Part shown: piece after piece, positions 17,592-27,798 of the stretch
Layout of the letters: the number at the start of each line of letters is the position of its first letter
How positions within the stretch are numbered: the stretch's first letter is position 1
Notes under the pieces: generated by a model
Database searches by the model: none
Seen by the model: the letters and a program-made list of their open reading frames with translations, nothing else
Told to the model about the DNA's origin: nothing
Translations under genes and position numbers: made by a program
Virus record (IMG/VR): IMGVR_UViG_3300021087_000857
Span: 1-64,000 of that record
Direction: 5' to 3' (one strand)
Source: a virus
DNA length: 64,000 nt

Positions 17592-18685
17592 TGTATGACT
17601 ACAAACAAATAAACGAAGTACATTTAGAAGTTACACAACGTTGTAATGCAAGTTGTCCTATGTGCGACCGTAATGAGAATGGCGGAGCAGTTAATCAACA
17701 TATCAAAAACAACTTACAAGAACTAACATTAGATGATTGCATAGATATATTCCCACACGATTTTATTGCACAACTAAAAACAATGTATATGTGTGGTAAC
17801 TTAGGCGATCCAATTAGTGCTAGAGATACATTAGAAATATTCCAATGGTTCCGCGATTGCAATCCCGACATGTGGTTAAGCATGAACACAAACGCAGGTG
17901 CAAGAGATCCACAGTGGTGGGCCGAGGTTGCTAAAGTAATTGGTCGCAATGGTTGTGTTATCTTTAGTGTAGATGGATTAGAGAATACAAATCATTTATA
18001 TAGACAAGGTGTGCAATGGGATAAAGTAGAACGCAACATGAAAGCATTTATTAATGCAGGTGGCAGAGCTAGATGGGACTATTTAATCTTTGAACATAGT
18101 GAGTGTGATGTAGAACGTGCAGAACAGTTGGCCAAAGAGTGGGGTGTTGAACGCTTTATGAAAAAGAAAACTGGACGCTTTATTAATACAAACAGTGAGA
18201 AAAAAGAAACACACCAAGCAAAGAATAGAAAAGGTGCTGACATGCAACAACTTGCTAAACCTAAAAAAGCAGAGCATCAGAACTTAGCATTATTAAAACA
18301 AGAAGAAATTGAAAAGACATATGGTAGTATGATGGACTACTACAATCAAGCCACAGTAAAATGTAAAGTAGCAGGTAAAGATACTAAGAGTATTTTTATT
18401 ACCGCAGAAGGATTAGTTATGCCTTGTTGTTGGACTGCTGGTCGTATGTACAAATGGTGGCACAGTGATCCTAAGGTAGAACAAATATGGGACTTCATAG
18501 ATGCAGCCGGTGGCAAGGATGGAATTAGTGCTAAAGTAAATGGTATTAAAGGTGTGTTCGCTAGTGGCATTATGAAAGACATACAACGCAGTTGGGCATT
18601 CAATAGTATCAAAGAAGGCAAACTAGGAGTATGTGCCCAGAAGTGTGGTACAGAATTTGATCCATACGCAGAGCAATTTAAATAA
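17591..18685 (+). CDS. radical SAM protein with C-terminal SPASM/twitch domain
   Basis: CNASCPMC, CGNLGDP, FSVDGL; C-terminal KC...MPCC...CAQKCG. Confidence 0.9.
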   Translation: MYDYKQINEVHLEVTQRCNASCPMCDRNENGGAVNQHIKNNLQELTLDDCIDIFPHDFIAQLKTMYMCGNLGDPISARDTLEIFQWFRDCNPDMWLSMNTNAGARDPQWWAEVAKVIGRNGCVIFSVDGLENTNHLYRQGVQWDKVERNMKAFINAGGRARWDYLIFEHSECDVERAEQLAKEWGVERFMKKKTGRFINTNSEKKETHQAKNRKGADMQQLAKPKKAEHQNLALLKQEEIEKTYGSMMDYYNQATVKCKVAGKDTKSIFITAEGLVMPCCWTAGRMYKWWHSDPKVEQIWDFIDAAGGKDGISAKVNGIKGVFASGIMKDIQRSWAFNSIKEGKLGVCAQKCGTEFDPYAEQFK

Positions 18686-18694
18686 ATACATAAC

Positions 18695-19045
18695 ATGATA
18701 GAACTATTCCTTAATGCAATACCTAATGTCTTGGCCGCAATGCTAGTGGGAACAACCGCTGGCGGATTAGTACAAGCATGCGAAAAGGATATTCCTAAAC
18801 TAACAAGACTTAAACCAAGATTAACGGAAGTTATGATTGAACGAGAAGTAAGTGAAGATATTCAAATTGCCTTTTGGGCATCGTATGATAATGCATACAC
18901 CAAAGAAAAAGATATAACACTACCATGCGAAGAAGCCTTGATTGCATTAGGCAGTTCCAAAGAAGAAGTAGAAGAAATTCTCAAAGACGCAAGTGCTAAA
19001 AACAGAGATGAGAATAAAGTAATAATAGATCAAAGGCATCATTAA
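18695..19045 (+). CDS. hypothetical exported protein
   Basis: Hydrophobic N-terminus, two Cys. Confidence 0.6.
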   Translation: MIELFLNAIPNVLAAMLVGTTAGGLVQACEKDIPKLTRLKPRLTEVMIEREVSEDIQIAFWASYDNAYTKEKDITLPCEEALIALGSSKEEVEEILKDASAKNRDENKVIIDQRHH

Positions 19046-20194
19046 ATGAGTAATAAAAGACCAGCCTGTTATGCCCCATGGATAACAACATATGAGTACC
19101 CACAAAAAATTGTTCCTTGTTGCGAATGGAAACATAACGGTGGAAGATATATAGGAACAGAAGAACATATGTCTTTGGATGATCGATTTAATCATCCAAC
19201 AATGAAAGACATAAAAGAAGAAATGATGTCAGGTATTCTTCCTCCTGAATGTAAAAATTGTGTTAAAATGGAAGAAAATACTAATCAAGTGTCTCTTAGG
19301 CAACAATATAATGGAACAGTCAAAAAAACAGAAAGACTTACTGACTATAAGTTTAATGAAGATGAATTTAAATTAATTAACATGGATTACAGAGAAAGTA
19401 ACTTATGTAATTTTAGTTGTATGATGTGTGGTTATCCTCTAAGTAGTGTACATGCTCAGATAGCCGGAAAGTATGGCAAGACAGGTATTAAGAAAAATCC
19501 TCATAACTTACAAATGTATCTAGATAGACTAGATGAAGTTCGATTAATTCAGTGCTTGGGTGGTGAACCTTTGCTAACAGAATCAATGTGGACTACAATA
19601 AAAGAAGTAAAACGCAGAGGTCTTGAAGGACAAATAAATTTAAGTATTGTAACAAATGGTAGCTTATTACACAGACATGATGATGAGCTTTTAGAATTGA
19701 TAGAGGGATTTAAAGACGTCATGATTGCAGTAAGCATTGATTGTGTTGGTGTTCAACACGATTACTGGCGATCTTCAAACTCTTGGGAAACAGTTAAAAC
19801 TAATGTAGACAAGATATACAAGTGGAGTGAAGGTGGAGAGAGCAACAAAGTCTTTTGTACAAGAACTGCAATTGGATGGCCAAATGCATATGCAGCCAAA
19901 TATGTATTTGATATGTTTAAAGATTGGGATATGCAAAGGAGATGGAACTTAATCACTGGACCTATAGGATTATCATTACCTATGCTACCACAAGAAGAGT
20001 TAGAAAAATTAGCAGAACACTGGAAAGATTATTCAGATGTATCAGAAATGTTTGCTAACACTGTTAGTTCTCCTGATGTATTTCAAATGCAACAACAACG
20101 AAACCAGATAGAAAATTTAGAAAAACTTAGAGATATTAAATTTAAAGATGCATTCCCAGAAATGGCACACATCTACAATAAAGCAAGTATTTAG
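19046..20194 (+). CDS. radical SAM protein with N-terminal SPASM/twitch domain
   Basis: CYAPW...PCC...CKNC; CNFSCMMC; GGEPLL; VTNGS. Confidence 0.9.
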   Translation: MSNKRPACYAPWITTYEYPQKIVPCCEWKHNGGRYIGTEEHMSLDDRFNHPTMKDIKEEMMSGILPPECKNCVKMEENTNQVSLRQQYNGTVKKTERLTDYKFNEDEFKLINMDYRESNLCNFSCMMCGYPLSSVHAQIAGKYGKTGIKKNPHNLQMYLDRLDEVRLIQCLGGEPLLTESMWTTIKEVKRRGLEGQINLSIVTNGSLLHRHDDELLELIEGFKDVMIAVSIDCVGVQHDYWRSSNSWETVKTNVDKIYKWSEGGESNKVFCTRTAIGWPNAYAAKYVFDMFKDWDMQRRWNLITGPIGLSLPMLPQEELEKLAEHWKDYSDVSEMFANTVSSPDVFQMQQQRNQIENLEKLRDIKFKDAFPEMAHIYNKASI

Positions 20195-20195
20195 G

Positions 20196-20224
20196 TTGAC
20201 AAACCAATACAAATTTGCTATAAT
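20196..20224 (+). promoter_or_regulatory. sigma70-type promoter (extended -10)
   Basis: TTGACA-17 nt-TATAAT with TGn. Confidence 0.85.
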
Positions 20225-20260
20225 TACTACATAAATCAATAAACTAAAGGTTATATCGTA

Positions 20261-20713
20261 ATGATAGACTTAAAGCTAGAGGATCAGCAGTTCGCAGATG
20301 ACTACTCTAAATGGAGTATGTTCTATAATTACGAACTTACTGGCTTCTATGTACGAAAGTTATCACAACAATGCTATCGCCTCAACACACAATTCCCACA
20401 CAATATAGATTTTCGTTCACTATACACAGATAAATTTGTATTGACAACCACTTCCAACCGTGCTACAATCACTAGAAACATAAGCGATACTCATTGGGTA
20501 GAAGATACTTACTATCAAATTGCTAGGTATATTTACAACAATGATATCAATGAACAGGAAATGATACAGTACTTAATTGACAACAACAGAAGCAAGAAGA
20601 AACCATTTGCAATGCAATGGATAGTTGGAGCAATTGAAGCCACAACTGAAGAAGAAATTAAGAACTGTATGCAACATATTAATAATATAAAATGGAATGA
20701 GGAGAACTGGTAA
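20261..20713 (+). CDS. hypothetical protein
   Basis: ORF directly downstream of promoter. Confidence 0.65.
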   Translation: MIDLKLEDQQFADDYSKWSMFYNYELTGFYVRKLSQQCYRLNTQFPHNIDFRSLYTDKFVLTTTSNRATITRNISDTHWVEDTYYQIARYIYNNDINEQEMIQYLIDNNRSKKKPFAMQWIVGAIEATTEEEIKNCMQHINNIKWNEENW

Positions 20714-20973
20714 TGGCTAAATTTACACAACGATATCTTAAACCTACATTATTTAAACCTAAAGGCTCTGTGTTTGAAGGCTTAATATGGAAACAACCTA
20801 ACTCAAAAGGCACAGACACATATGATGTTACTTGCACAGATAAAGGCTTTACCTGTGACTGTCCAGGTTTTACATTCCGTGGCAAGTGCAAGCACAGTTT
20901 AGAAGTGCTAACACGAGTAGAAATAGCATTAGACGACAAGCATCCACAGTATAGAATGGAGTTTGCACAATGA
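20713..20973 (+). CDS. SWIM zinc-finger protein
   Basis: FTCDCPGFTFRGKCKH. Confidence 0.85.
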   Translation: MAKFTQRYLKPTLFKPKGSVFEGLIWKQPNSKGTDTYDVTCTDKGFTCDCPGFTFRGKCKHSLEVLTRVEIALDDKHPQYRMEFAQ

Positions 20974-21509
20974 CAACACACGCAATGATTGACTTAGAAA
21001 CATTAGGCACTGGTCCTGATTGTGTAGTTTTAACAATTGGCGGTGTTAAATTTAATCCTAATACAATAAGTTCTCCACGAGAGGAATTATATTACAGGTT
21101 TGAAGTAGACGAGCAATTAAACAAAGGCAGAACTACTTTAGAAAGTACCCTTGAGTGGTGGGGTAAACAGGAAGAAAGTGTACGTGAAGAAGCACTAGGT
21201 GATGGCAATAGAACACCAGTGTTAGAAGTATTACATGCACTAAACAAATGGTGTGTAGGTGTTGATACTATCTGGTGTCAAGGTCCTGCATTTGATATTG
21301 TAATATTAGAGAATTTATTTAAACAATATAATCATCACATACCTTGGCCATTTTGGAAGATTAAAGACAGTAGAACATTGTTTGGAATTATGCCAAAAGA
21401 TCCACGTAAAGCAATTGACTTTGCGGCCCACAATGCATTAGAAGATTGTAAAGTTCAAGCATTATGTGTACAACAAACAATAAAAGAATTAGGTTTAACC
21501 ATAAGGTAG
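20970..21509 (+). CDS. DEDDh 3'-5' exonuclease (phage DexA/Rv2179c-like)
   Basis: MIDLETLG, WCQGPAFD, HNALEDC. Confidence 0.9.
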   Translation: MTTHAMIDLETLGTGPDCVVLTIGGVKFNPNTISSPREELYYRFEVDEQLNKGRTTLESTLEWWGKQEESVREEALGDGNRTPVLEVLHALNKWCVGVDTIWCQGPAFDIVILENLFKQYNHHIPWPFWKIKDSRTLFGIMPKDPRKAIDFAAHNALEDCKVQALCVQQTIKELGLTIR

Positions 21510-21573
21510 CCCAATAGTAAGAAGTAATGGTATTACAAAATATCAATTTTAAAGCCATAAACGGCCTTTTTAC

Positions 21574-21602
21574 TTGACATTTTCTAAATACTATTATATA
21601 AT
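21574..21602 (+). promoter_or_regulatory. sigma70-type promoter heading the clamp/dpdA operon
   Basis: TTGACA-17 nt-TATAAT, perfect consensus. Confidence 0.85.
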
Positions 21603-21631
21603 AACAGTTAATCAATTAGGAGAAATATGAT

Positions 21632-22381
21632 ATGAGTACCAGAGATATAGTGCAAGACATTGTTAAGCACACAGCCGGACTAGGCTTTATTACTTCAGTA
21701 AAAGTCACAGGAACAGATGAATCAACTACACTTGATGCCATGGATGCAGATCGTACAGTTATTCTACAAGCAAAATTACACAACACAGTATCAGAATTTA
21801 ACGGTGAGTTTGGACTAGGTAACTTAGGTTTCTTAGCAGGTGTTACTGGATTGGGTAACTATCAAACAGATGATGCAACAGTAGATGTTGTAGCACGAGA
21901 TCGCAATGGAGTTTCAAGTCCAGATCATTTGATGTTTAAAGATGCAGATGGCAACACAGACCAGTATCGCTTTATGAGTAAAGAGATTATTGAACAAACA
22001 CTACAAACTGTAAAGTTTAAAGGTGTTGAGTGGGATGTTACATTAGAACCTACTAAAGCAAAAGTAAATGAACTACAACAAGTAGCAGGCATTTACGGAG
22101 GCATTGAACCTAACTTTACTGTTAAAACAGAAGGCAGTGACTTAATTGTTACTGTAGGTGCAGCTGATGGATCATTTACAGGTAAGCGAACATTTGCACA
22201 AAATGTAAATGGTGAAATTACAGAAGGCTATGCATGGCCACTAGCACAAGTATTAGCAATCCTAAAACTAGGAATGTCAGGTACATGTGTAATGCAAATT
22301 AGTAAGAAAGGTGCATTGATGATTTCAGTTGATTCTGGAATTGGCAAGTACGATTACATTTTACCAGCACTAACAGTATAA
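21632..22381 (+). CDS. DNA sliding clamp-like processivity factor (gp45/PCNA-like)
   Basis: 249 aa, two-domain alpha/beta pattern, C-terminal QISKKGALMISVDSGIGKYDYILPA reminiscent of clamps. Confidence 0.6.
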   Translation: MSTRDIVQDIVKHTAGLGFITSVKVTGTDESTTLDAMDADRTVILQAKLHNTVSEFNGEFGLGNLGFLAGVTGLGNYQTDDATVDVVARDRNGVSSPDHLMFKDADGNTDQYRFMSKEIIEQTLQTVKFKGVEWDVTLEPTKAKVNELQQVAGIYGGIEPNFTVKTEGSDLIVTVGAADGSFTGKRTFAQNVNGEITEGYAWPLAQVLAILKLGMSGTCVMQISKKGALMISVDSGIGKYDYILPALTV

Positions 22382-22392
22382 GAGAATACATT

Positions 22393-23886
22393 ATGGCAGA
22401 CAGAAAAGATTTAACAACTAGTAATAAAGACTACAGTGTGTTCTTACCGAGCATCAGTAGTTTCTATTCTAAGTTCATTGCACAAGCACAATTGCGTCCA
22501 GACTTTGTTAAGCCTGAGCGTATGCCTAAGGGCTTTGAATATGGAATAGATGGCTTTGACTTTTTAAAACCCAAAGACAATTATTACAATTACAAGTGGG
22601 GTCTTTACTCTGCCGGACATGCTACTCGAGATACTGCAAAGAGTGATGTACAGGAACCAATGATCCAAAAGCGTGACAGGGAGAATAGTTTTATCCTTGG
22701 CGACAGTGGTGGGTTCCAGATTGCTACAGGTGTAATCAAATGTGATTGGCCTAACTTTAAAACAGATGATGACTTACGTAAAACAATTTTAAATTGGTTA
22801 GAACATACCGCAGATTATAGTATGGTACTCGATATTCCTACATTGGCTGCGGCGCCACCGCTTAATGCTAAAACAGGATTAACTGATTGGGTTGATTGTT
22901 TAGAATATACAATGTTTAATAACGATTACTTTGTTCGTAACAGACAAGGTAAAACTAAGTTCTTAAATGTATTGCAAGGCAACAACGAGCAACAAGCAGA
23001 TGATTGGTATGCGGCAGTTAAGCATTATCCATTTGAAGGTTGGGCTATGGCTGGTTACAACATGAAGCAATTACATCTTGCATTACGCAGACTTATTGTT
23101 ATGCGTGATGAGAAGATGCTTGATCCGGGTAGAGATTTAATTCACTACTTGGGTACAAGTAAATTAAATTGGGCATGTATTTTTACAGCGATACAACGTA
23201 ACATAAGAGAAACTATTAATCCTAATATGATGGTAACGTATGATGCGGCTAGTCCATTTATTACTACTGCCAAAGGACAAGCGTATACACAACATGTTCA
23301 TAGAAATAGTAAGTTTAGTTATGTTATGGAAGCGGCAGTAGACGATAAACGTTTTCAGCACAGTGAAATACCTTTTCCGTTTAACAGTCCTATTGGAGAA
23401 CGCATGAACATGGGTGACTTATGTTATATGGGTCCAGGTATGTTAAACAAACTTGGAAAAGAAGGCAAGACAAGTTGGGATAGTTTCTCATACTTCTTGC
23501 TAATGGCACATAACGTTTATCAACACATTGAGTCGTGTCAACGTGCTAACACACTGGCCGACATAGCAACAACAAGATACAAGCCTAGTCACTTAGAATG
23601 GAATAAAGTTAAGCCTGGGCAAAGTGAATTTGACTTATGGGTACCACGTGATGTAATTTATGTTACAGAGTTTATCAATAAGTTATTTAAAAGTGAAACA
23701 CCTATGCAAATGCTCGAAGAAGGTGAAGCAATGCTAACACACTTCAGTGGTATGAAAACTATTAAAACGACACAAGGTGCATTTGATAGTTTATTTGACT
23801 CAGGTGACACAGTTCAAGAAGAAAGCGATGGAGAGTTTACATCAGAACAAGCCGAAGCGGCAGAGGACTTCTTAGAACACCTATAA
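22393..23886 (+). CDS. dpdA: TGT-fold guanine transglycosylase (DpdA-like)
   Basis: LGDSGGFQ, MVLDIP, NVLQG, GWAMAG, IHYLGTS, TYDAASP, AHNVY; no CxCxxC Zn site of tRNA TGTs; neighbours folE and dpdL-like. Confidence 0.75.
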   Translation: MADRKDLTTSNKDYSVFLPSISSFYSKFIAQAQLRPDFVKPERMPKGFEYGIDGFDFLKPKDNYYNYKWGLYSAGHATRDTAKSDVQEPMIQKRDRENSFILGDSGGFQIATGVIKCDWPNFKTDDDLRKTILNWLEHTADYSMVLDIPTLAAAPPLNAKTGLTDWVDCLEYTMFNNDYFVRNRQGKTKFLNVLQGNNEQQADDWYAAVKHYPFEGWAMAGYNMKQLHLALRRLIVMRDEKMLDPGRDLIHYLGTSKLNWACIFTAIQRNIRETINPNMMVTYDAASPFITTAKGQAYTQHVHRNSKFSYVMEAAVDDKRFQHSEIPFPFNSPIGERMNMGDLCYMGPGMLNKLGKEGKTSWDSFSYFLLMAHNVYQHIESCQRANTLADIATTRYKPSHLEWNKVKPGQSEFDLWVPRDVIYVTEFINKLFKSETPMQMLEEGEAMLTHFSGMKTIKTTQGAFDSLFDSGDTVQEESDGEFTSEQAEAAEDFLEHL

Positions 23887-23903
23887 AACAAAGGAGAATG
23901 TAA

Positions 23904-24110
23904 ATGGGTACAGGAACAATTAATAGTAAGAAAAGACATCTAGCACATCTAGTTGAGAAGCATAGAGAACTTGACAAAGAAGTAACTATGTTATACAATA
24001 AGCACATGAGCGATGATGTTATTAAACCACTTAAATTGGACAAACTACATTTAAAGCAAGAAATATCGTCCTTAACAGAAACAATTAACAATTTAGAAAC
24101 TGGAAAATAA
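23904..24110 (+). CDS. DUF465/YdcH-like coiled-coil protein
   Basis: HLVEKHRELDKEV...LKLDKLHLKQEI. Confidence 0.7.
   Translation: MGTGTINSKKRHLAHLVEKHRELDKEVTMLYNKHMSDDVIKPLKLDKLHLKQEISSLTETINNLETGK
23971..23999 (+). promoter_or_regulatory. intragenic sigma70-type promoter
   Basis: TTGACA-17 nt-TACAAT. Confidence 0.5.
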
Positions 24111-24111
24111 A

Positions 24112-24645
24112 ATGGAAAGAGATTACAGTTCAAGTGATAACATTACTGGTGTTACATATTTTATAGGTAAAGAAATAGAACACACACTTGCATTTGGTAA
24201 GAAAACATTATTTGTAGTTGGCATTCAAGATGCAGACGAAGTATTAGAAATGGCACAAAAGAATGGTGTTGAACATGTTTACTTAGGTGCTAATCAAAGT
24301 TTTGAAATCACAGGCGAAGATGGCACAGATGATGAGCAAGCAGGATGGGATGCAATGGTTAATGCATGTACGTCTGAAGGTTATTTAGTTACACTTGACT
24401 TTGATCTTGAAGATTTAGAATGGGTACAAGAAAGCGGGTACTCAGAACACAACAATTTTATTCCAATGATCAGTGTTAAAGTTCCATACATTGAACAATT
24501 GGGATATAATGCTAACATTAAGATCGATGATGTTGATTTTAATGCTACAAATAAAGGGGTATGGACACACTCTGTACACTCGTTAATGGACCCTAAGAAG
24601 TTCACAAACTGGAACCAATATAAACAAGACGAAATAATCGAATAG
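24112..24645 (+). CDS. hypothetical protein within the deazaguanine cluster
   Basis: GKEIEHT..GKKTLFVVG, HVYLGANQSF, KIDDVDFNATNKGVW. Confidence 0.75.
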   Translation: MERDYSSSDNITGVTYFIGKEIEHTLAFGKKTLFVVGIQDADEVLEMAQKNGVEHVYLGANQSFEITGEDGTDDEQAGWDAMVNACTSEGYLVTLDFDLEDLEWVQESGYSEHNNFIPMISVKVPYIEQLGYNANIKIDDVDFNATNKGVWTHSVHSLMDPKKFTNWNQYKQDEIIE

Positions 24646-24654
24646 GAGAATACT

Positions 24655-24849
24655 ATGACTAAAAAGATTCGTTTAACTGAAGATGAAACAAATGTAGAAG
24701 AAGTAACACTTGAACCTACAACAGCTCCAGCAGGCGCTAACGATATAGCTGTAAGACAACTTATGAAATATCTAGAAGCAATTGACTGGAAACTATGGGA
24801 ATTACTAAAAATTCAAAAGAAACTTGCAGACGAGAAAGACGAGGAATAA
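24655..24849 (+). CDS. hypothetical protein
   Basis: AGGAG SD; LEAIDWKLWE. Confidence 0.7.
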   Translation: MTKKIRLTEDETNVEEVTLEPTTAPAGANDIAVRQLMKYLEAIDWKLWELLKIQKKLADEKDEE

Positions 24850-24850
24850 T

Positions 24851-25243
24851 ATGCTAGATGTAACACAAAGGCAAATTTGGGTAACCTTTCAAAAAGAAGG
24901 TGTACATTTGTACCCTGCGGCGAAAGATGATCCTGCACTTGCAACAGGAGGTTGGGATGATGTTTCATTTCTAGGTGTTGCACATAGACATATTTTTCAC
25001 TTTCGTGTAGCAATTGATGTATTCCACGATGACAGAGATATTGAATTTATTCAATTCAAACGTTGGTTGGAATCATTATATGCTTCAGATATATTAGAAC
25101 TTAATCATCGTAGTTGTGAGATGATTGCAGAGGAATTAGCACAGGAAATTCACAACAAGTATCCTGGACGTTCAATAACAATTAGTGTTGCGGAGGATAA
25201 TGAGAACGGCGCAACAATGACTTTTAACCCTAAACAAGGATGA
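24851..25243 (+). CDS. dpdL: QueD-paralog T-fold protein, DpdL-like (putative CDG decarboxylase)
   Basis: LGVAHRHIF = LxxxHRHxF; DRDIEFI, SCEMIAE, VAEDNENGA; GAGG SD before ATG 24851. Confidence 0.7.
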   Translation: MLDVTQRQIWVTFQKEGVHLYPAAKDDPALATGGWDDVSFLGVAHRHIFHFRVAIDVFHDDRDIEFIQFKRWLESLYASDILELNHRSCEMIAEELAQEIHNKYPGRSITISVAEDNENGATMTFNPKQG

Positions 25244-25249
25244 CATATT

Positions 25250-25621
25250 ATGTCAGAAGAAACAGTAAAAAAAGATAAAGAAGTTAGTAATCCAGGATCT
25301 GGAAGTTATTTCAGATTGATGGGTTATTATAATATTAACGATATTAAGTATGATCTACTTAAAATCATTCAGCCATATGATGGCTATATGTATAATGAAA
25401 AAGATACTAATAAACTTATTAGTGTTTTCAATTCATACTTGGGCGACTTAAAAAGAAGCTACAAGATTTACGCATTTGAAATTGCAGATACTGAAAAAGA
25501 AAATGCAATTACATTTGATATTCAAATTAAAATGCAAAAGGACAGAAGCCCTAAAAAGCTAAAGATTCACGTTGGTAAACTTTGGCTTAATCCATCTTCT
25601 GAAGAAGGTGACAATGCGTAA
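25250..25621 (+). CDS. hypothetical protein
   Basis: AAGGA SD; coupled to the glycosyltransferase. Confidence 0.65.
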   Translation: MSEETVKKDKEVSNPGSGSYFRLMGYYNINDIKYDLLKIIQPYDGYMYNEKDTNKLISVFNSYLGDLKRSYKIYAFEIADTEKENAITFDIQIKMQKDRSPKKLKIHVGKLWLNPSSEEGDNA

Positions 25622-26828
25622 GTTATTCTACATGGGCTTAGAACCTTACGAAGGCCGTTACACATTACAATTACAAGACTGGAGTGAAGCGGCATTTAAA
25701 GAGCGTGGTATAGATTATGTAATCGTACCAGGCGAAACTATCGACAATACTAAATCAATTTCAGTAGGACAAGTGTTAGACGCACATGGGCGTTCATACT
25801 TTGGTATGAGCCAGCTCATGAACCTGGTACAAATGATGCGTAACGGAGAGTGCGGAGGAGATGATGTGGTTTTCTTTGAAGATATGTTTCAACCTGGTAT
25901 TGAAAGTCTTCCATATATTATGTGTCAAATTCCAGAAGAACAACGACCACAGATTTATTTACGTTGTTTAGCACAAGCAGTAGACCCAGATGACTTTGTT
26001 CATGTATGGGGTATGAGCAAGTGGATGTCGTTATACGAACAAATGTGTAATGAGATTCCTAATGTACATATTCTTGCAACCAACGAAGAAATGGTTGCAC
26101 ATATGCGTATTGCTAATTGGAATGCACCTATCTATAATATTTCAGGTTTAAGTTTTGGCAAGAGGGAAGTGCTCTCCAGAATTAACAACCAAATTAAGCC
26201 ATGGGAAGAACGTAGCAACAGAGTAGTATTTGCGGCACGTTTTGATCAGGAGAAGCAACCAGACTTCTTCATGGATGTTATTGAAATGGTACACGAAAGA
26301 ACTAAATCTTTTGACAGAAACGATTTAACAGATTCCATATATCCTGTAGAATTTGCAGTACTAAGTGGTGGTCCGTTGCGTAGTAATAATCAAAAGTATT
26401 TAGATAGAGCTTTAAAAATGGAAGCGGAAGGCAAACTTACAATCCTAAAAGACTTACAAAAGAATGATTACTATAACGTAGTAAATGATTCTAAAGTAAT
26501 GTTTAATTGTGCATTGCAAGACTGGGTATCTAATACAGTCAGTGAAGCAGATGCATTGGGTTGTAATGTTGTCTATCCTGCATACAGAAGTTTTCCAGAA
26601 ACATTTGCAAACGATCATACAAGACTTTATATGCCTTGGAGCAAAGAAGATGCAGTAAGTAAAATACTAGCAGGACTCGAAGCACCAAGTGATAAGATGG
26701 GTAAGATTAGTGATTGGACTAATGGTACTATTGATCGTATGCTTGACATTATGGAAGGTAGATTTGATGACATTTGGCTACGCAGTGGTAACAGATATCG
26801 TGACCATGTAGCAGAGGAGAAATACTAA
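25614..26828 (+). CDS. GT-B (GT4-like) glycosyltransferase
   Basis: VVFAARFDQEKQPDFF, QDWVSNTVSEADALGCNVVYPAYRSFPETF (Ex7E-like region); start MRKLFY at 25614. Confidence 0.8.
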   Translation: MRKLFYMGLEPYEGRYTLQLQDWSEAAFKERGIDYVIVPGETIDNTKSISVGQVLDAHGRSYFGMSQLMNLVQMMRNGECGGDDVVFFEDMFQPGIESLPYIMCQIPEEQRPQIYLRCLAQAVDPDDFVHVWGMSKWMSLYEQMCNEIPNVHILATNEEMVAHMRIANWNAPIYNISGLSFGKREVLSRINNQIKPWEERSNRVVFAARFDQEKQPDFFMDVIEMVHERTKSFDRNDLTDSIYPVEFAVLSGGPLRSNNQKYLDRALKMEAEGKLTILKDLQKNDYYNVVNDSKVMFNCALQDWVSNTVSEADALGCNVVYPAYRSFPETFANDHTRLYMPWSKEDAVSKILAGLEAPSDKMGKISDWTNGTIDRMLDIMEGRFDDIWLRSGNRYRDHVAEEKY

Positions 26829-26829
26829 T

Positions 26830-27798
26830 ATGAAAATACTAGTAACAGGAGCAGGTGGGTATATAGGCTCACAGACATGTAAATTTCTAAGTGACAATGG
26901 ACATAAAGTGGTAGGAGTTGATAGAAATAATCTTCGCCATAACTATTGTATTGACAGTTATATTGGAAACTATGCAGACTTTGAAGTGCAACAGTTATTA
27001 TTAGACGTTGATAGCGTAGTTCATATTGGTGCAACAAGTTTAGTAGGACCTAGTGTTTTAGACCCTAGCAAATACTATAACAATAATGTTGTAGGAACAC
27101 TAAAACTCTTAGACGCATGTAAAAATCAAGGCGTAAAGAGTTTTGTGTTTGCCAGTAGTGCCGCAACATATGGTGAACCAGAAAGTGGAGTTTGTTTAGA
27201 AACAGAGCAACACACACCTATGAATCCATATGGTTGGAGCAAACGTATGACAGAGATCATGTTAAGTGATTACGCTACTGCATACGGAATGAATAGCGTT
27301 AGTTTGCGTTTCTTTAATGTTGCTGGTGCAGATACATTAATGGAAATGGGACAAGAAAAAGACGCTACACATATTATTGCTATGTTAATTGAAAGAACAA
27401 TGCAGGGTAAAGGATTTACACTATTTGGTGATAAATTTGATACACCTGATGGAACTTGTGTACGTGATTATGTTCATGTAGAAGATGTTGCAAATGGAAT
27501 ATACAAAGCAATTGAATATACAAAAGCAAATGAAGGTGCATATAGATTTAACTTAGGCAATAAAGAAGGTTACAGTAATCTACAAATTGTAGAAGCAGTA
27601 AAACGTAATACTCCATTAGAACCTAATGTTAAAATGGGACCAGCAAGGGATGGAGATCCTGCTACATTGGTAGCAAATACTATGTCAGCCAATGTAGACT
27701 TAGGTTGGACACCAAGATATGATCTTGACACAATAGTCAAAACAGCATATAATTGGTATAGAAAAAAAGCAGAAACTAACACGACATCCTCGTCGTAA
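26830..27798 (+). CDS. galE: UDP-glucose 4-epimerase
   Basis: TGAGGYIGS, SSAATYG, YGWSK, LRFFNVAGA, DGTCVRDYVHV. Confidence 0.9.
   Translation: MKILVTGAGGYIGSQTCKFLSDNGHKVVGVDRNNLRHNYCIDSYIGNYADFEVQQLLLDVDSVVHIGATSLVGPSVLDPSKYYNNNVVGTLKLLDACKNQGVKSFVFASSAATYGEPESGVCLETEQHTPMNPYGWSKRMTEIMLSDYATAYGMNSVSLRFFNVAGADTLMEMGQEKDATHIIAMLIERTMQGKGFTLFGDKFDTPDGTCVRDYVHVEDVANGIYKAIEYTKANEGAYRFNLGNKEGYSNLQIVEAVKRNTPLEPNVKMGPARDGDPATLVANTMSANVDLGWTPRYDLDTIVKTAYNWYRKKAETNTTSSS

Noticed and set aside
22393-23886. Canonical tRNA-guanine transglycosylase / queuosine pathway
   Set aside because: No CxCxxC Zn site, no queA, queC, queF or queG in the window, and clamp/dpdL context favours DNA; not fully excluded
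25250-25621. Resemblance to a tail-sheath C-terminal/gp25-like fold
   Set aside because: Pattern similarity too weak and context is non-structural
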